From positions 1 through 64,000 of IMG/VR virus record IMGVR_UViG_3300006931_000005: a DNA stretch of 64,000 nt; one strand, written 5' to 3'. The DNA comes from a virus. The position numbers and the translations under genes are program-made. This document shows, in pieces, positions 57,218-64,000 of the stretch (positions are counted from its first letter, which is position 1; every line of letters starts with the position of its first letter). The notes under the pieces are model-generated. The model was given only the letters and a program-made list of their open reading frames with translations, made no database searches and had not been told where the DNA came from.

Positions 57218-57250
57218 AAAAAGGCGCGACCCGTGAGGGCCGCGCCTTTT
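57218..57250. terminator. Bidirectional rho-independent terminator
   Basis: AAAAAGGCGCGACCC-GTGA-GGGCCGCGCCTTTT between convergent operons. Confidence 0.9.
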
Positions 57251-57299
57251 GTCTGTTAGCTATGGATCGGGCTTTCACCGTCAGCGGCTAAACCGCACT

Positions 57300-57488
57300 T
57301 TAACCAGATTTTTTCCGACCTTGCTGATACTTGTACTTCGCCAGTTTCGCTCTGGCCCAGTCGGGTGTCTTGTGAAAAGCGTACCCGATGGCTTTGATCG
57401 TGTAACCCCTCGACGCGAGGAACGCCACAGCCTCAAGCCGGGCCGGGATCGCGGATTGATGATCTTCCTTGTTGTATTGCTTACTCAT
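57300..57488 (-). CDS. Small HTH protein
   Basis: LASRGYTIKAIGYAFHKTPDW. Confidence 0.6.
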   Translation of the reverse strand: MSKQYNKEDHQSAIPARLEAVAFLASRGYTIKAIGYAFHKTPDWARAKLAKYKYQQGRKKSG

Positions 57489-57691
57489 GGTGGGGGTGTG
57501 GGTTGTGGGGAGGTGCGGGTGTTCCATCTCTTAACAGCATCCTCTTTCTTTGTCATTCCGCTTGGTGGAACTAGAGATTCAATACTTCCGCCGCATACAA
57601 TGCACCAAACAGAGTTTGCATGTATGCGTGCTTTATCTGCTCCACAAAACGGACAAGGCAACAACCTCACTTCTTTTTCAGGGGATGGCAT
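57485..57691 (-). CDS. Lar-family restriction alleviation protein
   Basis: LLPCPFCG...CIVCG...AVKRWNTR. Confidence 0.8.
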   Translation of the reverse strand: MPSPEKEVRLLPCPFCGADKARIHANSVWCIVCGGSIESLVPPSGMTKKEDAVKRWNTRTSPQPTPPP

Positions 57692-57695
57692 AGGG

Positions 57696-57944
57696 TTATT
57701 TCTTTCTAAATTGAACTATTGTCCAGTTGCCGTTGGTAATGATAACAGGATAGTAGTTGGTTGAGAGTTCGACTTGGAAATTTGTTATTGAATCACGGCC
57801 ACCGTCATTTGTGCCGTTGAATACATATTGGCGTTTTATCCAAAGACGTGTATCAACATTGCGGTCTATGTAAACATAAGCGGGCATTCTGCTTAGTGAT
57901 ATTGAGTCCCTCGGTTCTATGAGTAATGGTAAATCGTTTGTCAT
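57696..57944 (-). CDS. Hypothetical protein
   Basis: 82-aa ORF in the operon. Confidence 0.5.
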   Translation of the reverse strand: MTNDLPLLIEPRDSISLSRMPAYVYIDRNVDTRLWIKRQYVFNGTNDGGRDSITNFQVELSTNYYPVIITNGNWTIVQFRKK

Positions 57945-57945
57945 C

Positions 57946-58101
57946 TCATTTCTTCTTTCTATTTGGTCTTGGTGTTTGGCAGATGGGGCAGCATTGCCAG
58001 CGTTCAGTCACAAATATCTTTAGCCTATCAGCCTTCCATGTGCCTGTTCGCAACTCGTATCCAAGCGGCGTTATTACAAGATGCCTGCACCATTTCTTCA
58101 T
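57946..58101 (-). CDS. Small zinc-binding protein (MKKWCRH...CPICQTPRP)
   Basis: 51 aa, translated by hand; ATGA overlap. Confidence 0.55.
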   Translation of the reverse strand: MKKWCRHLVITPLGYELRTGTWKADRLKIFVTERWQCCPICQTPRPNRKKK

Positions 58102-59012
58102 ACTGATTTTTTGGTTGTGGGTTGGAGGGCTTTAGAACACTTCTGCACAATGAAGTGAACACCTTCACCGGGATTGTGTGCCATCCACTGAATAGCTTCA
58201 TGCAAAGCACTATTCATCCGCTTCTCCCGCTCCAACAGGTCTAGCGCGGCTTGGGGAGTGGTGGGGAGGGCAACGTCAATTGCTTCGCCAGCTTCTTCAA
58301 TCCACTGGGCTGATTGGTCAAAAGTCACTTCGCCAGCACAACTATTTCCACCATAAGGATGTGACCAAGCGATAGCCTGCTTTGACTTTTTCAACGCCTC
58401 ACTCATCACCGCCATTTGAGCGGTGGCGAGGGTGAGTTGGTTTCTTAAATCTTCCACGACTGACAAAGCAATCATGTCTTTGCAAGCATCAGTTACAGTC
58501 TGGCCGATTGCTTTGTCAGACATCTGTTGCTCCAACTCCTTCACGCTGGATTGGAGGGTGACAAGCTTTTGTGCAGCTTGTTTATCTATTGTTTTCCAAA
58601 CATTGATACTGGCCAAAGCCTCCGTCAGTTCGCGTTCAAGGGTGCGATACTTCATGTCAAAGAAAATCCTTATGGTATCAGGACAATCTCCAAACTGTTG
58701 CCAGAACTCTTTCCATAAAGCATCCGTCCTCGGCGTTGGTGGGGTGGTGGGTGTTGACATAGGTTTTTTAGTTTGTCGTTTCAGGGCCAGCTCACGCTGG
58801 GTTATCAGGATCGCGCCGGACTTGATCGCCAGCTCGCGCTTGGTCAGGCAGACATCGAAGTGTTCCTTCCAAGTGCCGGGCGATTGAATCCATTTTCGCT
58901 GCACGCCGATCTTGTCCACCATCGCCAGAAGCTCGTCGCTGGTGTCCGCGATCATGTGGCACATTCGCATCCGCTTGAAGGCCATCCGCGCATCGTCGAT
59001 GTAAACGCTCAT
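58098..59012 (-). CDS. DUF4031-like domain fused to a TPRTD coiled-coil protein
   Basis: VYIDD...MCHMIADTSDELLAM...KWIQ...HFDV; internal ATG at 58760. Confidence 0.72.
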   Translation of the reverse strand: MSVYIDDARMAFKRMRMCHMIADTSDELLAMVDKIGVQRKWIQSPGTWKEHFDVCLTKRELAIKSGAILITQRELALKRQTKKPMSTPTTPPTPRTDALWKEFWQQFGDCPDTIRIFFDMKYRTLERELTEALASINVWKTIDKQAAQKLVTLQSSVKELEQQMSDKAIGQTVTDACKDMIALSVVEDLRNQLTLATAQMAVMSEALKKSKQAIAWSHPYGGNSCAGEVTFDQSAQWIEEAGEAIDVALPTTPQAALDLLEREKRMNSALHEAIQWMAHNPGEGVHFIVQKCSKALQPTTKKSV

Positions 59013-59365
59013 AGTGATTCGATTTTTACGACGACGCCTTTTCGCCCTCTGGTTTCGACCTGCCCATATTGATAACGTATTCGTTTATCGCCATCGTCGA
59101 TGCCGAGGGTGGCTGACACTGCATCACGGAGGGGCTTGCAAGCCGCTGCGAGATTGTCTGTATCGAGCTCTCGATGGACGTAGGCGATGAAAGTAACGAC
59201 GACTGCCAAGCGGCCTTTGCGTCTTTTGAATGTTGGCTGACGAGCCGCCAGTGCTTTCGCAGCAGCCGGTTTGGGCTGATGGGTTTCCACGCCACCCAGA
59301 GGAGGATACAGGTGTGGGTTTCTTTTCCTGACGGATTCGCTGACATTTTTTGGTATCTCGTTCAC
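59009..59365 (-). CDS. RusA-like Holliday junction resolvase
   Basis: [17 protein letters not shown]...IDDGD; GTG start overlapping the upstream TGA. Confidence 0.78.
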   Translation of the reverse strand: MNEIPKNVSESVRKRNPHLYPPLGGVETHQPKPAAAKALAARQPTFKRRKGRLAVVVTFIAYVHRELDTDNLAAACKPLRDAVSATLGIDDGDKRIRYQYGQVETRGRKGVVVKIESL

Positions 59366-59829
59366 TTCGAGTTTCGGCGGTTGTTTGCTTGCTGCTTTCG
59401 CGTTGCCCAATAGCAATTCTTTGGCGTGTAATTGCCGTTATTATTTCTGCGTTCCACGGTCAAGCCCGGTGGCCGCTTGCCCATGTCGGCCAAAAAGTTT
59501 TTGAACTTCAACCACCGTTTACAAACGCGGATGCCGCGACCGCCATAATATCGGTAGATGCGACAGGTTGGAGATAAGCATCGGCTTTTAATTCCAGCCC
59601 ATATTCGATATTCGGCAGTTTTCGATTTGCCATGAGTGGTACTGTCTTTGATGGCTTGCGCGGATCGTAAGCAGCCACAGCTTTTGGTGTGACCGTTTTG
59701 TAGGTTGTAGGCAAATGCGACCGCAGATTTACCGCAGTCGCATTTGCACCGATACTTCTTTTTGCCAGCCTTCGATACGAGCCTTAAAACTACAAGGCTA
59801 CCGAATCGAAGGCCGATGATTGATGTCAT
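59362..59829 (-). CDS. HNH homing endonuclease
   Basis: CKCDCG...KSCGC...YGGRGIRVC...[18 protein letters not shown]. Confidence 0.9.
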   Translation of the reverse strand: MTSIIGLRFGSLVVLRLVSKAGKKKYRCKCDCGKSAVAFAYNLQNGHTKSCGCLRSAQAIKDSTTHGKSKTAEYRIWAGIKSRCLSPTCRIYRYYGGRGIRVCKRWLKFKNFLADMGKRPPGLTVERRNNNGNYTPKNCYWATRKQQANNRRNSK

Positions 59830-61160
59830 GTCTTAGGTACGATCTCGCCGTCCTGAATGAGTAGCGCCATCGGATCAGTGGATCGTGCATCTTCAATCCA
59901 GATTTGTACATCTTTTTCTGCCGCCATTTTTGCCACAATTTCTAGGCCGTTCTGGTCGAGCAGCGATCCGTCTCGGATGAACATCACCCGCAGGTTGGGA
60001 TTGAGCGCGATCCCGATGCTCACGCTCACCAGCAGCTTCTTCGCCGTAGATGCCTGCGAGAACGGAATCCGGTTGAACAGGATTTCGTCGCCGTCGATGG
60101 ACAGCCCTTCGAGCGGGAACTTGCAATCGGCGAGAAGCTTTGCCTTCTGCCCGTCGATCTGTTCGAGCTTGGCCGTGAGCTCGGCGGACTTCGTGGCCTT
60201 CGCGGTCACGATCTCCTTCTGGTCGTTGTGCGACTTATTGGCCTGCACCTTGGCGTTGACTGCCGCCGCGCTGTTGATCGCGTCAGTGATCGCCTGCGTG
60301 TCCACATCAACGACCTCCGCAAGTGCGGCATCCGCGATCTTGATTTTCTCCTCGCCTGCGGTGATGGCCAGCCGCTTCGCAGCCAGAACACCTTCGGCAC
60401 TCGTGACCGCAGCCTTGGCCGCTTGCAGCTCTTGTTCGAGGCGCGTGACTTCCGCCTTTGCGCTCTCAACGCCCTGCTGGGCCGTCTGCTCCTCGGTCTT
60501 AGCCGTACCCAGCAACTCCCGGAGCCGATCTACGGCCCGGCGCTGCTCGGCGTTGGACTCGTTCTGTTGCTGGGCGAGTGTCAATTTTTGAATCAATTCG
60601 CTGACATCCACGGCCTGTGCAGGAGCCGCAGGATCGTGCGGGAACAGCGCCAGACGCGCCTTGGCGCTGTCATGCTCCCGGTTGACGATGGTTCGTTCGC
60701 CAAACACAGCCGCACGCTCTGCGTCGAGCTTGGAGGTGTCCAGCCCTACGAGCCTGCGAAGGGTCACGAGCTGCACTTCAGGCTTCTGGCGGGAGAATTC
60801 CAGCGGATCGAATGACAGCTTGCCGACCAAGCTGTCGAGGATGCCTTGTGGCGATTTTTGTACAGCGCCCTCCCGGTTCGTGACCTTGATCGCGGTGCCC
60901 GTCGGCCCGAACGTCCGGGTGGCCACGAGGTCGCCAAGGTCGAGGACGATGCTGGCCTTGCTGGTGCCGTCCCGGATGGGCCGGGGCGGGATCGCGTCGG
61001 CCCCACCCATGACCATCTGGATGCAGTCGAGGATCGAGCTCTTGCCCGCTTCGTTGGCCCCGGTCAGGACGACAGTGTTGCCCTGCGGGGTGATGCTGAT
61101 GGCCTTCAAGACCTTCACGTTGGAAGCTTGAAGGGATACGATTTTGTGTGTCGGTGTCAT
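59826..61160 (-). CDS. SMC/Rad50-like ATPase
   Basis: [12 protein letters not shown], coiled coil, FSQAST signature, IRDGSLLD. Confidence 0.88.
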   Translation of the reverse strand: MTPTHKIVSLQASNVKVLKAISITPQGNTVVLTGANEAGKSSILDCIQMVMGGADAIPPRPIRDGTSKASIVLDLGDLVATRTFGPTGTAIKVTNREGAVQKSPQGILDSLVGKLSFDPLEFSRQKPEVQLVTLRRLVGLDTSKLDAERAAVFGERTIVNREHDSAKARLALFPHDPAAPAQAVDVSELIQKLTLAQQQNESNAEQRRAVDRLRELLGTAKTEEQTAQQGVESAKAEVTRLEQELQAAKAAVTSAEGVLAAKRLAITAGEEKIKIADAALAEVVDVDTQAITDAINSAAAVNAKVQANKSHNDQKEIVTAKATKSAELTAKLEQIDGQKAKLLADCKFPLEGLSIDGDEILFNRIPFSQASTAKKLLVSVSIGIALNPNLRVMFIRDGSLLDQNGLEIVAKMAAEKDVQIWIEDARSTDPMALLIQDGEIVPKT

Positions 61161-61190
61161 TTTGTTTTCGGTGTCTGGTGTTGCGGATGG

Positions 61191-62033
61191 TTAAAAAATA
61201 CGGTCGATGATTTCAGAGATGTACGCGGCGTTGAGCTTGGCCGGGTCGGTGCCTTCGAGGGCTTCAAGGAGTTGTGCGAAGTACGCCGAATCGACGCCAA
61301 CCAACTGCTCCTGAAGAACGGCGATGTTAAACAGGTCAAGCTCGTTGAGCTGAAGAATGACCTTCAACATCTGACCGGCGTTGATCGTCCAGCCACGGGC
61401 GATGAACTTGCGGAGCCGGATCAGCGAACAGAGCGGATACTTGCTGCCGACGTAGTTCAGCTCCTTCGTCATAATCGACTGGAGCGCGGCCAGCGGCGTG
61501 ACCAGTTCCTCGTCCCACGATTTCCAGTACGATGTGCAGTGAACGAAATCGTAGTTCGCGTGAATCTCCTCCGGCTGGCCGAAGAAGCGCACCACGATTT
61601 GAATCTGGCCGGAGAGCGTGATCGCGTTCGAGGACATGAACACGGGCTCAAACTTCTCGTCCTCCTTCAGCTCTGGAGATTCATCGGAAGCTTCCTCGTC
61701 GCCCATGTAAACGATGTCCGGCGTCGTGCGGATTGAGATGCGCTGCGGGTCTGCGGGAATTCCGCGATCAGGATCGGCAGGAAGTCCGTCCCAGATCGTG
61801 ACCTTGCCCGGAAAAAACTTGGCGTAGTATTCCGCCACGGCCAGACAGGTCGAGCGGTCGCGGAAATACAGGTCAAAGTCATTCGGCTTTTCGTTCTGCA
61901 ACAGGCTGACGATGGAGCCGCCCGTGATGATGGTGCCGTCGATGACTTTCTTGCGAAGGTTTTCGTCGGTGATCGAGTTGGCCCAGAGGTTGAATCTCGC
62001 GGCCAGCAGTTTCTTTATTGATTTTAACTTCAT
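61191..62033 (-). CDS. Pol-beta-superfamily nucleotidyltransferase
   Basis: ITGGSIVSLL...PNDFDLYF...NYDFVHC...RLRKFIARGW. Confidence 0.8.
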   Translation of the reverse strand: MKLKSIKKLLAARFNLWANSITDENLRKKVIDGTIITGGSIVSLLQNEKPNDFDLYFRDRSTCLAVAEYYAKFFPGKVTIWDGLPADPDRGIPADPQRISIRTTPDIVYMGDEEASDESPELKEDEKFEPVFMSSNAITLSGQIQIVVRFFGQPEEIHANYDFVHCTSYWKSWDEELVTPLAALQSIMTKELNYVGSKYPLCSLIRLRKFIARGWTINAGQMLKVILQLNELDLFNIAVLQEQLVGVDSAYFAQLLEALEGTDPAKLNAAYISEIIDRIF

Positions 62034-63097
62034 GGCATTACGTCGGGGTTTTGTGTTTTGGCTTCTTGTTGCGTTATCGGAAAGTCGATCATCCGCTCGT
62101 CGTCAAGCGAGGCGTTGATGTCCCACTGGCTCGGCTCGGTGATCGTCCAGCCGTTCATCACCATCTTGCCAGTTTCGTAGTCCGGCCAGAATTTATGCTT
62201 CAGGCATTGGCAGTAAAACTTGAGTGCTGCCATGTATTTGGCTCGGCCCACCTCGATGAATTCGTGCGACAGAATACGTCGGCCAGTTTGATATGGCGCA
62301 CTGCTCTCTTGGATCAGGTGCCGGAATTCTTGGCGCTCAATTTCGGGTGTTGCCGCCGTGTGTAGGTCAAGATTCAGCGCAGCCTGCACATGGTAGGCAT
62401 AAGCCCCCACGGTCTTTGGCCATTTGTTCGGGTGGCCGTCCTCTGAAGTTTTGAAGTCACCCAGCGACTTGCCATACAGCTTGTGCAGCGGATCTGGCAC
62501 GAGGTCGGTGAGCACCCGGATCGGCACAATCAGCCCGGTGGCCGCATCAACATACTCGGCTGTGACCATGACCTGCACTTTCGAGCAGTTGATGAATTCC
62601 CGGATACGGTCATCGGCGAACAGCCGCTCGACCGCAGCGCCAGCTTCATCGGCATCACCCTTTTTAATCAGGATTTTGTCCGACCGCTTCGCCGCCCAAT
62701 CCTTGCAAAAATTCGCGTTGTTATTCCAAGGTTTCTCCTCGCCCCTTTCTGACACATAGGTCTCCGGGTATTGCTCGTAAATCTGATCTACCTTGTCCGG
62801 CGTCAACACAAGCATATCGAGATAGCTGCCATACTTCAGGCTGGGCGTTATCTCTTTCTCTGGCGAAGCCAACCACTTCATAGGACACTTCACAAACTCC
62901 ATGAGCTCGCCGCGTGACATGACGTAACGCGGGTCGCCACGCTTCACTAATTTCACATCCAGCGGGTCTTGAGTGACCGGCTTTGTTTCATCAGGCAGCG
63001 CCAAGGCAGTTGCTTCTAGGTCAACCGGCTGCTTGGCATAGGTTTCGTAGTCGATATTATCGCCGACGACCTTGGCGTTTTGGAATGGTAATTTCAT
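62030..63097 (-). CDS. RecE/ExoVIII-like PD-(D/E)XK exonuclease
   Basis: MSRGEL...GSYLD...DLVP...GDFKTS...YHVQAAL. Confidence 0.82.
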   Translation of the reverse strand: MKLPFQNAKVVGDNIDYETYAKQPVDLEATALALPDETKPVTQDPLDVKLVKRGDPRYVMSRGELMEFVKCPMKWLASPEKEITPSLKYGSYLDMLVLTPDKVDQIYEQYPETYVSERGEEKPWNNNANFCKDWAAKRSDKILIKKGDADEAGAAVERLFADDRIREFINCSKVQVMVTAEYVDAATGLIVPIRVLTDLVPDPLHKLYGKSLGDFKTSEDGHPNKWPKTVGAYAYHVQAALNLDLHTAATPEIERQEFRHLIQESSAPYQTGRRILSHEFIEVGRAKYMAALKFYCQCLKHKFWPDYETGKMVMNGWTITEPSQWDINASLDDERMIDFPITQQEAKTQNPDVMP

Positions 63098-64000
63098 GGC
63101 ATGACGACCGGCTTGGTGATTTCGGGTTTGGCTTTGACTTGGTTGATGAGGGCTTCGAGCCCGGCGAGGGACAGTTTTTCGACGGCATGATCGACGTTAC
63201 CGCCATCCAGAATCTCGGCCCGGTACAAGATTGCGTTGATGATCTTCCAGTCAGCCGGAGCCTTCTTGGTGGCCGGGTCGATGTTGACTTCCTTGAACAG
63301 ATTCCACAGCTCGGCCTTGGCCTTGACCATGGGATCATTCGGATCGCGCTTCGGCTTGGCCGGGCTGGACTGCGTGGTGGTTGCATTGGGCGTGCCACCG
63401 CAGAGCTTCAGGATCGCTTCAGCATGATCGAACGTGAGTCGCTGGCCATTCTCCGGCAGGCAGGACAGAATTGACGGATGCGTGAACTTCGTGCCCTGTC
63501 CAAGCGGGAGCTCGAACGAGCACAGACCGCCGACGCCCTGCTCGTCCGCAGTCACCAGACCGACGGCGAGCGCCGTGCGGGTCAGCCCGGACTCTTGGAT
63601 CGGGCTCTGGAATTCGTTCGGCTTGGATGCCGCCGCGTTGAATTTCTGCTTCGCTTGGAACAGGAGCACAAGGTTGGTCTTGGGCGTGGTCAGCTTGTTG
63701 ACCAGCCGTTGATGTGTCCACGGCTTCACGGCGGCGGCAGCAGCGGCGGCACTGCGCTTCTTCTTCGCCTCGTCCTCGCCCGCCATCTTGTTCAGCACCT
63801 CATCCTTCAGGTCGAGATAGCCGCCTTCAGAATCCCATGCCTGCGACATGACATCTTCGATGATCGTGACACAGCCCAGTTCTTCCAGAGCTTCAGTCGC
63901 GGCGATCACCTTCAGCGGATTGAACGGCGGATCGACGTGGATCACGCGGAAGCGGTCGATCCAACTGGCCTTGGTGCCACCGTATTTCTTTGCCGCCATG
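63094..64000 (-). CDS. AAA_24/Sak4-like recombination ATPase, N-terminus outside the window
   Basis: PPFNP...IIEDVMSQAWDSEGG.LD; adjacent to the RecE-like nuclease. Confidence 0.65.
   Translation of the reverse strand, partial: MAAKKYGGTKASWIDRFRVIHVDPPFNPLKVIAATEALEELGCVTIIEDVMSQAWDSEGGYLDLKDEVLNKMAGEDEAKKKRSAAAAAAAVKPWTHQRLVNKLTTPKTNLVLLFQAKQKFNAAASKPNEFQSPIQESGLTRTALAVGLVTADEQGVGGLCSFELPLGQGTKFTHPSILSCLPENGQRLTFDHAEAILKLCGGTPNATTTQSSPAKPKRDPNDPMVKAKAELWNLFKEVNIDPATKKAPADWKIINAILYRAEILDGGNVDHAVEKLSLAGLEALINQVKAKPEITKPVVMP

Noticed and set aside
1-64000. Integrated prophage with att sites at the tRNA
   Set aside because: No integrase, host genes or duplicated tRNA 3' end seen in the window; lifestyle undetermined.

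Overview
Nearly the whole genome of a tailed, probably podovirus-like dsDNA bacteriophage. Minus-strand early genes run off both edges, consistent with a circular or permuted genome somewhat larger than 64 kb. The DnaB, the SSB and two secreted proteins with an (S)TNL..W..FFR tail resemble Verrucomicrobiota proteins, so the host is inferred to be a Pedosphaerales/Limisphaerales-type bacterium. Modules in order: a leftward early operon (1-2400) with structured RNA at each junction, including a complete type II hammerhead ribozyme; two divergent paralogous replication-initiator-like genes, each preceded by its own iteron-like array; replication genes (DnaB, SSB, 5'-3' exonuclease, HNH nucleases); three ejection-type proteins, including a 3592-aa polyvalent protein built of enzyme cassettes separated by a repeated FSVxK linker; tRNA-Gly embedded among three tRNA-like RNAs; an 8-kb glycosyltransferase/methyltransferase/epimerase cluster; an inverted terminase; portal, scaffold and capsid; a post-capsid gene with a likely -1 frameshift giving a CxxC tail; DUF5977/vWA/P-domain-decorated tail proteins; signal-peptide and membrane/lipoprotein genes with no recognisable endolysin; and a minus-strand recombination block (RusA-like, SMC-like ATPase, nucleotidyltransferase, RecE-like nuclease, AAA ATPase). 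All family assignments come from motif recognition by eye; no database searches were run.
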